Shown in pieces: positions 10,402 to 20,909 of a DNA stretch of 64,000 nucleotides. Origin of the DNA: a virus; IMG/VR virus record IMGVR_UViG_3300042558_005646; one strand, written 5' to 3'. A program made the translations under genes and the position numbers. A model generated the notes under the pieces. It ran no database searches. It was not told where the DNA came from and saw only the letters and a list, made by a program, of their open reading frames with translations. The first letter of the stretch is position 1, and the number at the start of each line of letters is the position of its first letter.

Positions 10402-11349
10402 AATGAAATGTGTTTTATAATATTCGACTATCTTTTTGATTTCATCGTCAAAAACACACTGAGGAGTCCAGCCTAAACCTCTAATCTTGTCGTCATTTAA
10501 AGCATATCTGACATCTTGTCCAGGTCTTTCAATTCCAAAATTAATAAAGTCTTGGTAATTATCCACTTCTTTTCCAAAGTATGCGTTCAAAACTTTTCTT
10601 ACTGTGTCTACATTTGATTGCTCAAACCCACCAGCGACATTGTAAATTTCGTTCTGCTTACCAGCCTCAATAATCTTCAACACAGCCAGAGCAGTGTCTT
10701 TTGCATGAAGCCAATTTCTTACTGGAGTACCTTGGTTATGTAATGGTATCTTTCTTTCAAGTCCTATAAATTTGCAAGATTTTGGAATCAACTTTTCAAC
10801 ATATTGTCCTTCGCCATAATTATTTGTAGGTCTTATGATATTGAAAGGTATGTCGTATGTTCTAGACCAAGCAATAATAAGTTGATCTGCAGCAGCTTTT
10901 GTGGCAGAGTAAGGATTACTAGGCTTCAAGATGTCTGTTTCAAAATGCTCACCATCTGCAATATCACCATAAACTTCATCTGTGCTGAAGTGAATTAGGG
11001 TTGGTACTACATATCCTTCTTTTTTGTATGTCTTAAGTAATTCAAGAATGTTGTGAACACCATAAATATTTGAATCAACAAAAACTTTACTGTCTCTTAT
11101 AGAATTATCTACATGAGTTTCTGCAGCTATATTGATAAAATAGTCACAATCCACCAATCTATCAATGTTGCAAATATTTTTATTTTCAAATTTGAATTTT
11201 GGATTAAGCATCCATTTTTCTAAAACACTAACGTCAGAGGCATAAGTACAATTGTCTATGCCATAAACATAGTATCCCTTATCAAGCAAAAGTTGAGTTA
11301 CTTGTCTGCCAATAAAACCTAAACAACCTGTAATATAAGCTAATTTCAT
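10396..11349 (-). CDS. rmlB: dTDP-glucose 4,6-dehydratase
   Basis: AAETHVDNSI, HFSTDEVYGD, PSNPYSATKAAAD, NNYG..Q..EKLIP, RNWLHAKD, RPGQDVRYA. Confidence 0.9.
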   Translation of the reverse strand: MKLAYITGCLGFIGRQVTQLLLDKGYYVYGIDNCTYASDVSVLEKWMLNPKFKFENKNICNIDRLVDCDYFINIAAETHVDNSIRDSKVFVDSNIYGVHNILELLKTYKKEGYVVPTLIHFSTDEVYGDIADGEHFETDILKPSNPYSATKAAADQLIIAWSRTYDIPFNIIRPTNNYGEGQYVEKLIPKSCKFIGLERKIPLHNQGTPVRNWLHAKDTALAVLKIIEAGKQNEIYNVAGGFEQSNVDTVRKVLNAYFGKEVDNYQDFINFGIERPGQDVRYALNDDKIRGLGWTPQCVFDDEIKKIVEYYKTHFIW

Positions 11350-12326
11350 TTATTCAATTTACGCTCTATGGTGTTTTTGATAAGATTTAGTACATTCCAG
11401 TCTTCAAAATTTTGTGTGCGAATATATTCACAAGTTCCGTCTGCAAAGTACCAATCAATTGTATCAACGCAAAATAAAATTAAAGTTTTGTTTTCATCAT
11501 AAACAACAGCATCTGTAAAAGATAAGCACCCAGGACCAGACTGACTAGTAACTATAACATCGCAGAATTTATGTAAATATTCAATTTCATCCAAGTTTGG
11601 AATTGGAAAATAATCATCAATATAATAGACATTGTTTGTTTTTATTTCATTAATTTTTGAAGTTAAGAGGAAGCAAATATTTGGATTATCTTTTATGTAG
11701 TCAGACAAAATATCTTCGTAAATATAATTTCTTCTTTGTCCAGAGGTTGTATTACCATTGCAGATCATGACTCTCATATCGTAATGACTTGTATCATTTA
11801 TTAATTTATCTGCAAAAAATTTGTATCTTGGATTGGAATTCCATTTACATACAAATTCTTTATGATCTGGAACCTCTAACTGCTTTGTAGAGAAATTCTC
11901 AATCAAAAAACTATTTATATTGTTGATTTTTTCTTGATAAAGTTTTGATTGCCAAATAGTTGAATCTTGAATTTCTTTACACCCAGAATGATAATTTCCA
12001 TTTTCGTCAGGAAGCTTGTACCCACCAGTTTCAATCTCTCTCATCTTTTCATAACTTGCTGCCCAAACATCTATCCAAAGAGCATCATCAAAGAATTCAG
12101 ACTTAAGATTATTTTTTAATTTCAATGCAGTACAACCATACATAAAATGAGGTAATGCAATTACAGTAACTTTTTCATGAATAAAACAAGTATCTTTGTC
12201 CTTAGTATGTAAATAAAAATAATTAAAATTATCACCTAGTTTATTAACTACCCATCTAACACCTTGTCTTGAGTGTAAAATGTCACCATACCCATGAGAA
12301 TTACAAAAAATAATAGTTTTTTTCAT
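11346..12326 (-). CDS. Putative GT-B (GT9-like) glycosyltransferase
   Basis: N-terminal HGYGDIL and C-terminal CDVIVTSQSGP resemble the GT9 pattern and match paralog 24005..24808; start reassigned to ATG 12326. Confidence 0.45.
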   Translation of the reverse strand: MKKTIIFCNSHGYGDILHSRQGVRWVVNKLGDNFNYFYLHTKDKDTCFIHEKVTVIALPHFMYGCTALKLKNNLKSEFFDDALWIDVWAASYEKMREIETGGYKLPDENGNYHSGCKEIQDSTIWQSKLYQEKINNINSFLIENFSTKQLEVPDHKEFVCKWNSNPRYKFFADKLINDTSHYDMRVMICNGNTTSGQRRNYIYEDILSDYIKDNPNICFLLTSKINEIKTNNVYYIDDYFPIPNLDEIEYLHKFCDVIVTSQSGPGCLSFTDAVVYDENKTLILFCVDTIDWYFADGTCEYIRTQNFEDWNVLNLIKNTIERKLNK

Positions 12327-12332
12327 AAAAAA

Positions 12333-12357
12333 ATTATACATTTATTGTTGGTATAAT
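12333..12357. promoter_or_regulatory. Divergent pair of sigma-70-type -10 elements, each 6 nt before an ATG (leaderless type)
   Basis: Minus TATAAT 12333-12338 before ATG 12326; plus TGGTATAAT (hexamer 12352-12357) before ATG 12364; no SD. Confidence 0.65.
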
Positions 12358-12363
12358 GTTCTC

Positions 12364-12765
12364 ATGAATAGAAAGTATTTACCAACTTTATCTGAACTTA
12401 TTGATAGATTGTCTATTGTCCAACTTAAAGAAGTTTTTATTGTTGATCATAAATCAGAATATTCAGAAGAAATAAGTGCAATTATTCACGACATTCAAGC
12501 ACATATAGACGAAAATAATGTTGTCTTAGATGCAGAAGTAATTCGAGCAATTGTTGTTTTGTCTCAAATGAATTTACATATCTGGCACAATGAAACAAAT
12601 TATCGTAAAGGTGTCAAAGACGGCAACAATCTTGAATTAACACACGGATTAAATGGCATTAGAAATACTGCAAAAAACAAAATTCAAGAAGCTTGTGGTG
12701 GTAGAAAAGATTATAAAATTGACTGTCTTGCCGCTGATTTTAAGGATTGGGAGATCAGCTGGTAA
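12364..12765 (+). CDS. Hypothetical protein, DUF6165-like
   Basis: PTLSELIDRLSIVQLK N-terminus resembles the ELIDKITILEIK pattern of small proteins in GT9/polysaccharide clusters. Confidence 0.4.
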   Translation: MNRKYLPTLSELIDRLSIVQLKEVFIVDHKSEYSEEISAIIHDIQAHIDENNVVLDAEVIRAIVVLSQMNLHIWHNETNYRKGVKDGNNLELTHGLNGIRNTAKNKIQEACGGRKDYKIDCLAADFKDWEISW

Positions 12766-13703
12766 TGGAAAAAGTCTTAATTACTGGTGGAGCTGGATAT
12801 TTAGGTTCAGTTTTGACTGAAGTTTTGCTCTCAAAAGGCTATGCAGTAACTGTTTTAGATAGTCTTGTTTACAAACAACTTTCTTTGACACAATTCTGTC
12901 ATAAAAAGAACTTCAAGCTTGTTGTTGGTGATGTACGTGACACCAAACTTCTTATAAGCCTGGTAGAAACTCATGACATTATCATCCCATTAGCTGCAAT
13001 TGTAGGTATGCCAGCTTGCAAAAAAGATCCAGATTTGACAGTAGCTGTAAATTATCAACAAATTAAAGACATTGTTGAAATAATTCAACCAAGTCAAAAA
13101 TTGTTAGTCCCTAATACAAACTCTCAATATGGAAGTTCTGAAACAATCATCACAGAAGAAAGTCCATTCAATCCTCTTTCTCTTTACGCAAAAACAAAAT
13201 GTGATGCAGAAAATCGTGTTTTAGAATGGGGTAATGGTATTTCTTTAAGATTAGCAACAGTATTTGGAGTCTCATATAGACAAAGAATGGATTTGCTTGT
13301 AAATGATTTTGTTTACCGAGCATTCACTGATGAGTTTCTAGTTTTATTTGAATCTCATTTCTTGCGAAACTATGTGCACGTAAGAGATGTTGCTAAAGCT
13401 TTTGTTCATCTGATTGAAAATTATAATCGATGTAACAATAATGCATACAATGTTGGGCTTACGTCTGCCAATATGTCCAAACTTCAGCTTGCTCAAAAGA
13501 TCAAGGAGTATGTTCCAAATTTAGTAATTATTGAGGAACAATTTAAGCAAGATTTTGACAAAAGAAACTATGTTGTTTCTAATGAAAAGCTTGAAAAAAC
13601 AGGATGGTTTTGTGATTATTCTTTAGACACTGGAATTGAAGAACTTCTCAAAGCTTATGCAATGATTTATAATTTTAAAAATAAAGATTTTACCAATCTT
13701 TAG
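12765..13703 (+). CDS. NAD-dependent epimerase/dehydratase
   Basis: ITGGAGYLGS, YAKTK, RLATVFG, RNYVHVRD; start reassigned to TAATG overlap at 12765. Confidence 0.85.
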   Translation: MEKVLITGGAGYLGSVLTEVLLSKGYAVTVLDSLVYKQLSLTQFCHKKNFKLVVGDVRDTKLLISLVETHDIIIPLAAIVGMPACKKDPDLTVAVNYQQIKDIVEIIQPSQKLLVPNTNSQYGSSETIITEESPFNPLSLYAKTKCDAENRVLEWGNGISLRLATVFGVSYRQRMDLLVNDFVYRAFTDEFLVLFESHFLRNYVHVRDVAKAFVHLIENYNRCNNNAYNVGLTSANMSKLQLAQKIKEYVPNLVIIEEQFKQDFDKRNYVVSNEKLEKTGWFCDYSLDTGIEELLKAYAMIYNFKNKDFTNL

Positions 13704-13711
13704 GAGCAACT

Positions 13712-14731
13712 ATGAAAGTTTTATATGTTTACAAACCATACTACGAGCATGATTTAAAATCCGAAAGCCAGCAAGAAAAAATAAGAGGTTCTTTTTACTC
13801 TGCATTTGGGGAAGACAATCCTGATTACACAATTGATGTAATTCACTTTGGGCATGCTCCTGGGTTAATTCGCACTTCTAAAGAAATGAATCAAGAAATT
13901 TTCAAAAAAGATTTTGATATATGTATAGTAAGTGAAGAGCTTGATTTTGCTGTTGAAATGGATACAATCAAAAAATTAGGAAAAAAACTATTTATTTGTT
14001 CTTGGGATAATTTTATTGCAACAAGTACAGATATGTATATAAACTTCAGGACAATGATTAAAAAGCCAAGAATTTGGGGCGAACATTGTTGGCCAATTCC
14101 GATTGCAGAAGCTGCGCAATATTGTAATGTCCTAGTTGGAGATTTTGGCAAAGATGAAATTATGCCCAATATTTATGGTGTCTATGGTGCAATGGACACT
14201 CGAAAATTAGATCTTGAAAATATCTTCGAGATTGAAAGAGATTTAGATGTTGGATTTAACGGAATGTTTTATATACCAGAAAGAGCTAGATTTTTTGAAA
14301 TATTTCAAAAAGCAAACATTCCAGTAACTTATTCTGGAAGTATTAATAAAAATATTTATCCAGCCCAAGTTTTGACTCTTGAAGATTACACTCACATGTT
14401 TAAAAGGACAAAAATATCTTTAGCTTACACTCAATCAGTATTTGGTCCAAACAATAAAACAAGAAAAGGTAGACCATTTGATTGTGCAATTTGTGGTAGT
14501 TTTATGTTGTCTACTCATCCTGAAGCTTATAAATTTAGAAACAGATATTGGTTTGAAGAAGGTGTTCATTATGATTCAATGAATGAATCGAACTGCGTAG
14601 ATAAAGTTAGATATTATCTTTCAAATCCTGAGAAAAGAATTGAAATGGCAAAAGCTATGAATCAACATTTTCATGACAATTACACTCCTATGCACTGGTG
14701 GCAAAATATCTTCAAATGGGCTGAGTCGTAA
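13712..14731 (+). CDS. Glycosyltransferase, GT-B CgeB/Glyco_trans_1_2-like
   Basis: C-terminal KGRPFDCAICGSFMLS...FEEGVHY...DKVRYYLSNPEKRIEMAKA; SD AGGAG. Confidence 0.7.
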   Translation: MKVLYVYKPYYEHDLKSESQQEKIRGSFYSAFGEDNPDYTIDVIHFGHAPGLIRTSKEMNQEIFKKDFDICIVSEELDFAVEMDTIKKLGKKLFICSWDNFIATSTDMYINFRTMIKKPRIWGEHCWPIPIAEAAQYCNVLVGDFGKDEIMPNIYGVYGAMDTRKLDLENIFEIERDLDVGFNGMFYIPERARFFEIFQKANIPVTYSGSINKNIYPAQVLTLEDYTHMFKRTKISLAYTQSVFGPNNKTRKGRPFDCAICGSFMLSTHPEAYKFRNRYWFEEGVHYDSMNESNCVDKVRYYLSNPEKRIEMAKAMNQHFHDNYTPMHWWQNIFKWAES

Positions 14732-14732
14732 C

Positions 14733-15692
14733 ATGTTCAAAGGAAAGAATGTTTTAATTACAGGAGGTTCTGGCATGATTGGTCGGCAACTTGTACTCAT
14801 TTTATTAGAAAAAGGTGCAAATGTATTTGTTGCTGACTTGAATGAACCTGTGAATATGCCAAATGAAATAACATTTTTAAAAGTTGATTTAAAAGAATTT
14901 TCAGATTGTAGAAGAATTTGTCAAGGTATGAATTTTATATTCAATTTAGTTGGTATTAAAGCTTCGCCAAAAGCTTGCATGGAACAGCCTGCTAATATTA
15001 TGGGCCCAATGATGCAATTTAACACCAATATGTTAGAAGCAGCAATGAAAGCAAATGTAGACTGGTATTTATATACTAGCTCTATTGGAGTTTACCAACC
15101 CGCACCTATTCTTCAAGAAGATGATGTGTTGAATACTATGCCTTCTAAAAATGACTGGTTTGGTGGTTGGGCCAAAAGAATGGGTGAAATGCAAATCAAG
15201 GCATATGAAGTTCAAAATGGTTTCAGCAAATGTTCAATTGTAAGGCCAGCAAATGTTTATGGTCCCTATGATAATTTTGACTTAAATTCAGCTATGGTAG
15301 TACCCTCATTAATTAGAAAAGCTGACGAAAATGAAAAGTTAGAAGTATGGGGAGATGGTTCACAGATAAGAGACTTTATTTATTCTCATGATGTTGCTAG
15401 AGGAATGATTTTTGCAGCAGAAAATAAATTAACTGAACCTATCAACTTAGGATCTGGTGAAGGCGTAACAATCAAAATTATTGCCGAAACTATAGCTAAC
15501 TATTTTGGAAAAGAATTAGTTTGGGATAAAGATAAGCCGTCTGGAGATCCTATAAGACTTTTTGACATGTCAAGAGCAAAATCTTATGGATATAAAGCAG
15601 AAATATCCATAGTTGAAGGTATTAATAACACTATTGATTGGTATGTCAATAATAAAAATATCATCAAGAAAAATTATGGAATCTTAAAATAA
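14733..15692 (+). CDS. NAD-dependent epimerase/reductase (GDP-fucose-synthase/GME-like, atypical)
   Basis: ITGGSGMIG, RPANVYGPYDNF, WGDGSQIRDFIY; GGWAK in place of YxxxK; start reassigned to ATG 14733. Confidence 0.8.
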   Translation: MFKGKNVLITGGSGMIGRQLVLILLEKGANVFVADLNEPVNMPNEITFLKVDLKEFSDCRRICQGMNFIFNLVGIKASPKACMEQPANIMGPMMQFNTNMLEAAMKANVDWYLYTSSIGVYQPAPILQEDDVLNTMPSKNDWFGGWAKRMGEMQIKAYEVQNGFSKCSIVRPANVYGPYDNFDLNSAMVVPSLIRKADENEKLEVWGDGSQIRDFIYSHDVARGMIFAAENKLTEPINLGSGEGVTIKIIAETIANYFGKELVWDKDKPSGDPIRLFDMSRAKSYGYKAEISIVEGINNTIDWYVNNKNIIKKNYGILK

Positions 15693-16274
15693 ATGGAGTC
15701 AAAACCCAAAGTCTTAATTACTGGATGCTCATCTGGTCTAGGAAATTATTTAGCTAAAAAGTTTGAAAAAGAAGGTCATCAAGTTTTACGACACAATGGA
15801 AAACTTCATTTTGATTTAAGTGAACAAAATGAAGTTTTGTCTTTATCGAAAGAAGCTAAAAACTTCGGTGTCACTATATTGATAAACAATGCCGCAGTTG
15901 TTTGTCCCGATTTAAAATTTGATGATTATTCTTTAAATCAGATTAATGAAATGATAGACGTTAATTTGAAAGCTCCAATAATCTTAACTTTAGATTTATT
16001 ACCAGTATTGAAAAATATTATTAATATTAATTCAATTGTTGGTTTAGAAATTAAGAAAAATAGGACTATGTATTCAGCTACGAAATGGGGACTAAGAGGA
16101 TTTTATAATAGTTTCAAAATAAACAGCAAAGCTAAAGTGCTAGATGTGTATCCATCGAATATACAAACATCTCCAGAAAGAACAAATGCGCTTGATATAG
16201 ACTTTGTAGTAAATTCAATTTACGATGCTTATCTTTCTGATCAAACTGAATTAATTTTGGATGGAAGAATTTAA
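15693..16274 (+). CDS. Short classical SDR oxidoreductase
   Basis: ITGCSSGLG, NNAA, VNL, YSATK. Confidence 0.85.
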   Translation: MESKPKVLITGCSSGLGNYLAKKFEKEGHQVLRHNGKLHFDLSEQNEVLSLSKEAKNFGVTILINNAAVVCPDLKFDDYSLNQINEMIDVNLKAPIILTLDLLPVLKNIININSIVGLEIKKNRTMYSATKWGLRGFYNSFKINSKAKVLDVYPSNIQTSPERTNALDIDFVVNSIYDAYLSDQTELILDGRI

Positions 16275-17239
16275 TGAAACAAAAAATGTTAATTTGCGGA
16301 GCAACAGGTTTTTTAGGTAGAAATATTCTTGAATATTATTCCAAAAAAAATCAGTATGATATCAAGGCAGTGCACTTTAGAAGACCAGCAATCATAGAAT
16401 ACCAAAATGTTGAGTGGATACATTGTGATTTAAGAAATTCTGATGACGTAAAAAAAGCTATTGAAGGAGTGGATATAGTCTTACAATTTGCTGCAACAAC
16501 ATCAGGAGCAAAGGATATTCTATCAAAACCATATATTCACGTTACTGACAATGCTATTATGAATTCTTTACTATTGAGAGAATCATTTGAGCAAGAAGTT
16601 AAGCATTTTATTTTTCCTAGCTGTACAATTATGTATCAAAGCTCAGAAAATCTTATTAAAGAAACTGATTTTAATCCTGCTGACGAAATAAAATCTACCT
16701 ATTTTGGAGCTGGTCATACTAAAGTTTATTTAGAGAATATGTGTGAATTTTATTCAAGGTTTGGCAAAACAAAACATACAGTAATTAGACATTCAAACAT
16801 CTATGGTCCTTACGATAAATTTGATTTAGAAAAGTCTCACGTTTTCGGAGCGACAGTTGCTAAAGTTTTCAATTCTACAGATGGATATGTTAATGTTTGG
16901 GGCGCAGGTGAAGAAAAGAGAGATTTACTTTATGTTGAAGATTTTTTAAGTTTCATAGATTGCGCAATATGTAATCAAAAAAGTTTTTTTGATATTTTTA
17001 ATGTGGGCTTGGGTCAATTCATAAGTATAAAAGACTTAGTTGACAAAATTATCAAGCAAGGTATAATTCCCTTGAAAGCAAGGAATGACTTATCCAAACA
17101 ATCTATTTCAACATCTATATGTTTGGATTGCACAAAGGCGAAAAACATTCTTGGTTGGTCACCCAAATTTACTTTAGATGCTGGAATTTTAAAAACTATT
17201 GAGTGGTATAAATTATGGAACAAAATGGATACTCTTTGA
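16274..17239 (+). CDS. NAD-dependent epimerase/reductase (atypical extended SDR)
   Basis: CGATGFLG, RHSNIYGPYD, WGAGEEKRDLLY; YFGAGHTK in place of YxxxK. Confidence 0.8.
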   Translation: MKQKMLICGATGFLGRNILEYYSKKNQYDIKAVHFRRPAIIEYQNVEWIHCDLRNSDDVKKAIEGVDIVLQFAATTSGAKDILSKPYIHVTDNAIMNSLLLRESFEQEVKHFIFPSCTIMYQSSENLIKETDFNPADEIKSTYFGAGHTKVYLENMCEFYSRFGKTKHTVIRHSNIYGPYDKFDLEKSHVFGATVAKVFNSTDGYVNVWGAGEEKRDLLYVEDFLSFIDCAICNQKSFFDIFNVGLGQFISIKDLVDKIIKQGIIPLKARNDLSKQSISTSICLDCTKAKNILGWSPKFTLDAGILKTIEWYKLWNKMDTL

Positions 17240-17961
17240 CTAAAGAACAAATAGACGAATTTCATGAAAATGGTTTTCTTCATTTGAAAAATGTGTTTTC
17301 AAATAAATATTGTCTTGAACTATTAGATGAGGCAGAAGAAAAGTCTAATGGATTTTACACAAACTATCTTCATTTTCATCGTACAGGCAAGTTTAGAAAA
17401 CTAATTGCTGGTAAAACAATGTGTGATATTGGGGATTCGTTAATGGATCATAAAATGATTCCTTGCGGAAGTGGCTTCTTTTTCTGCAAACCAAACAATC
17501 CTCTTGAGCATGGGTCTGTTTGGCATCAGGACAATTATTCAGTTAAGGCTCCATTCAATTCATATTTAAATTTAGCCGTAGTTCTAGACGACGCAGATGA
17601 ATCAAATGGTTCGCTTACAGTAGTACCTGGTTCTCATAAATTAGGTGACCTTCCTAATGATCCTAAACCAAATTTTAAGTACGATGAAGAAGGAAGACTT
17701 TACCAATTTGCACCTATTGGAAATAACTGCGAAGTACCAGAAGGTTACCCAATTGTAAACTTGACTTATAACAGAGGTGATGTTTTATGTATACATGCAC
17801 ACATTGTTCATAAGGCAAATAAAAATGTTCACGAAACAAAATGGAGAAGAAAAATTTATCTCGATTACATCAAGAATGGTGACCCATTTTGGCCAGGCTG
17901 GACTGCAAAAAGATTACTCTTAGAAAGATACGATTCACCTCACTATAAGGATGAAGATTAA
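17215..17961 (+). CDS. PhyH-family Fe(II)/2-oxoglutarate dioxygenase
   Basis: WHQD, LDDADESNGSL.VVPGSHK, distal H (IVHKA) and R. Confidence 0.85.
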   Translation: MEQNGYSLTKEQIDEFHENGFLHLKNVFSNKYCLELLDEAEEKSNGFYTNYLHFHRTGKFRKLIAGKTMCDIGDSLMDHKMIPCGSGFFFCKPNNPLEHGSVWHQDNYSVKAPFNSYLNLAVVLDDADESNGSLTVVPGSHKLGDLPNDPKPNFKYDEEGRLYQFAPIGNNCEVPEGYPIVNLTYNRGDVLCIHAHIVHKANKNVHETKWRRKIYLDYIKNGDPFWPGWTAKRLLLERYDSPHYKDED

Positions 17962-17964
17962 AAG

Positions 17965-18507
17965 ATGAAAAAAGCACTTGTTATTACTTGGGAAAAGTAT
18001 CAAGACCATGAATTGATTTATCCATATTATTCTCTAAAAGAACATGGATTTGAAGTTGATATTATGGCAAACAAGGTAGGAAAAATTTGGGGCAGTTTAG
18101 GAACTCATATGCCTTGTACTCGAGAAACTTCTGAATTCGAAAATTTAGAAAACATCGAAAAATACCTTAATGAATATGAAATTTTAGTTGTACCTGGTGG
18201 TGTAAAAGCGCTTGAAAAGGTTCGACAAGAAAAAGGTGTTTTAGAATTCATTAGACAATGGAACGAAAAAAGAAAAACCATCTTTTGTATCTGTAATGGT
18301 GCTCAATTGTTAATTTCTGCTAAGATTTTAAATGGCAGAATTATGTCAGGATATTATTCAATTGATATTGATATCGAAAATGCAGGAGCTACATATGATA
18401 GAAGTCCTGTTGTAGTCGATGATAATATAATTTCCTGCCCACATTATGACTTTATGGGCTTATGGCTTAAAACAGCATTTGAAGTTCATGCAAATAGAAT
18501 CTCATAA
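17965..18507 (+). CDS. DJ-1/PfpI family protein
   Basis: QDHELIYP, VVPGG, ICNGAQLLISA nucleophile elbow, VVVDDNIIS. Confidence 0.85.
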   Translation: MKKALVITWEKYQDHELIYPYYSLKEHGFEVDIMANKVGKIWGSLGTHMPCTRETSEFENLENIEKYLNEYEILVVPGGVKALEKVRQEKGVLEFIRQWNEKRKTIFCICNGAQLLISAKILNGRIMSGYYSIDIDIENAGATYDRSPVVVDDNIISCPHYDFMGLWLKTAFEVHANRIS

Positions 18508-19168
18508 TAATAATATAATTAAGAAACCTTGGGGCTACGAGTATCTTGTATATCAAGATACTAATGTAGCTCTTTGGTTTTTATATATTGCTCCAAATCA
18601 TAAAACATCTTTGCACTCTCATCCAAAAAAAACTACAGGATTGATAATTTTGGATGGAAAAGCACAAGTAGATTTTTTTAATAACGAAAATGTCTTAAAC
18701 AAACTTGACAAAATTATGATTAGAAAAGGGATGTTTCATTCAACAACATCTATTTCAGAAAATGGAACAAAACTTTTCGAAATAGAAACCCCAAATGATA
18801 AACTAGATTTAGTTAGATTAGAAGATTCATACGGTAGAAAGGGTTTGCCTTATGAAGATTCATCTTATGAAAATCCGAAACAAGATAATTGTCTTTGGTT
18901 GGAAAATCTTTCACTTTATGAGAATCAAAAACTTTTATTTTCTAATTGCAATCTAAGTATTTTGAATGTTAAAAAAATTACTGATTTGACTTGGTTAGAG
19001 CCGCAGAAAAATGTTATGTTTTTAACTGGTGGTATAATTACTGATTACGAAGTACTTATAGTTTGTCCCGGAGATATAGTCAAGATTGAAATATTACAAA
19101 AAATTGAAACAGTGTTTAATAAAATAAAAGAAAACACATTTGTAATTTTATTTGAAAATTTAGATTAA
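18488..19168 (+). CDS. Cupin (mannose-6-phosphate isomerase-like) domain protein
   Basis: KPWGYE, TSLHSHPKK, FHS, EIETP, DLVRLEDSYGR; start reassigned to ATG 18488. Confidence 0.75.
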   Translation: MQIESHNNNIIKKPWGYEYLVYQDTNVALWFLYIAPNHKTSLHSHPKKTTGLIILDGKAQVDFFNNENVLNKLDKIMIRKGMFHSTTSISENGTKLFEIETPNDKLDLVRLEDSYGRKGLPYEDSSYENPKQDNCLWLENLSLYENQKLLFSNCNLSILNVKKITDLTWLEPQKNVMFLTGGIITDYEVLIVCPGDIVKIEILQKIETVFNKIKENTFVILFENLD

Positions 19169-19169
19169 T

Positions 19170-20000
19170 ATGAATAACTATTTAGAGAAAGTTTTTGAAA
19201 AAATTTCTTTTTGCAGGCATTTTGAACAATATGTTTATAAAAAAGTGCAAGATAAAACTATCAAAATCCCAGTGTATTTATCAGCTGGTCAAGAAAGTAC
19301 TCCTTGTTCAATTTCAACTTATTTAGAAGATAAAAATATTAAGCCAAATATTTTTATTCAACATAGAGGACATTCAACATACTTGGCTTTTGAAGCGCCA
19401 CCTGAAAAGCTAATTGATGAATTACTTGGGTTAGATTCCGGCTGTGCATTTGGTATGGGAGGTTCTGCTTCTATACAATCTTTAGAAAAAAATATATTTG
19501 GTCATGATGGTTTAATGGGTTCTCAGGTACCTATTGCTGTTGGACATTGCTATCAAACAAAACAACCAACTATTGTTTTTATGGGAGATGCATCTGCGGA
19601 AGAAGATTATGTTGGTGCAGCCATAGGGTGGGCTTCAACTAAAAATCTACCAATTCTATTTGTTGTTGAAGATAATAATTTGTCAATTCTTACAGAAAAG
19701 AAGATTAGAAGAAACTGGAATATGCATGAGCTTGCACAAGCATATAAGGTTGAAGCTTATGACATTGAAGATAGTCCTACAGAAATTTTCAATCATCTCA
19801 AAAATGTTTTTAATACTCCTTTATTGTTGAATGTGAGAACTATCAGAAAATTTTGGCATTCTGGTGCTGGAATTGATGGGGATTATTTTGATAGGCTTGA
19901 ATGGATAAAAGAAACCTTGCAGTTTGATACATCATTTATCGATGAAAACAACAAAAATAAAGTTGAGGCATTATGGCAATCACGCTTAGAGACACTATAA
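19170..20000 (+). CDS. TPP-dependent dehydrogenase E1 alpha-like subunit
   Basis: YLSAGQE, HRGH, GGS, GSQVPIAVG, GDASAEE...VEDNN TPP motif. Confidence 0.85.
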   Translation: MNNYLEKVFEKISFCRHFEQYVYKKVQDKTIKIPVYLSAGQESTPCSISTYLEDKNIKPNIFIQHRGHSTYLAFEAPPEKLIDELLGLDSGCAFGMGGSASIQSLEKNIFGHDGLMGSQVPIAVGHCYQTKQPTIVFMGDASAEEDYVGAAIGWASTKNLPILFVVEDNNLSILTEKKIRRNWNMHELAQAYKVEAYDIEDSPTEIFNHLKNVFNTPLLLNVRTIRKFWHSGAGIDGDYFDRLEWIKETLQFDTSFIDENNKNKVEALWQSRLETL

Positions 20001-20893
20001 AATCAATAGTAAAAGACCATTTAGTTAGCAAAAAAGGCAAAGCATATGGTCAATGCTTAACTGCTGTAGGCTGGGTTGGTGGAACTTTACCAGAGCTTTA
20101 TGAACATGATGGCATGGTTGAACTTTCTATGGCAGATGTTGCTGGTGGTGCAATTGTTGTTGGTGCAGCTTTAGCTGGAGATAGACCTATTTATGTAGTT
20201 AGATATCAAGGTTTTCAGTGGTATAACTGCGTGTCAATTGTTAATTATGCCGCAAAATCTAAATCAATATGGAAAAGGCCTTGTCCAGTTTTTGTGAGAT
20301 CTATTGCTATGGAAGGCGGAATTGGGCCTGTTGCTGGTTCATCTCATCATTCCTTGGTTTATAGAATGCCCGGAATTAAAATTGCAAGTCCCATGTCTCC
20401 ATCAGAATATTTAGAATGTTATGATCATTTTATGAACGATGATGAGCCATACTATATATCTGAACATAGAAAAAGCTATGATAATACATCTAATTTATGT
20501 GATGTTTTTGAAAACGAGACTCCAGATTTTACAATTTTCCCAATTTCAATAACCAGATTTGAAATGGACAAACTAGTTCAATTATGTAAAGAATATAGTA
20601 TCAAGATTAACATATGTAATTTGATGTGGTTGAAACCACTTAAAGTATCCGACAAAGCTATAAAGAGTCTAAGTAATTCAAAATTTGGAGGCTTAGTATT
20701 AGATGATGATTACGAAAGCGGTTGCCAATCACATATTGCTAATCAATTATCAGTATCTTCTAGTAAAATTGTTAGATGCTTGGGCCTGGAAGATAAAACA
20801 GCAGGCTTCTATAACAGAGTTGATGTTCTACCTCCAACTGCTAAAAGTATCGTTGATTTTTTATTGAATATTAAAAACGAAACTAGGGTATAA
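19973..20893 (+). CDS. TPP-dependent dehydrogenase E1 beta / transketolase C-terminal-like subunit
   Basis: ELSMAD...GAALAGDRPI, GPVAGSSH, PGIKIASP, ISEHR, WLKPL; coupled to the E1 alpha-like gene. Confidence 0.8.
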   Translation: MAITLRDTIKSIVKDHLVSKKGKAYGQCLTAVGWVGGTLPELYEHDGMVELSMADVAGGAIVVGAALAGDRPIYVVRYQGFQWYNCVSIVNYAAKSKSIWKRPCPVFVRSIAMEGGIGPVAGSSHHSLVYRMPGIKIASPMSPSEYLECYDHFMNDDEPYYISEHRKSYDNTSNLCDVFENETPDFTIFPISITRFEMDKLVQLCKEYSIKINICNLMWLKPLKVSDKAIKSLSNSKFGGLVLDDDYESGCQSHIANQLSVSSSKIVRCLGLEDKTAGFYNRVDVLPPTAKSIVDFLLNIKNETRV

Positions 20894-20909
20894 TTTATTA
20901 GGGTGTAAA

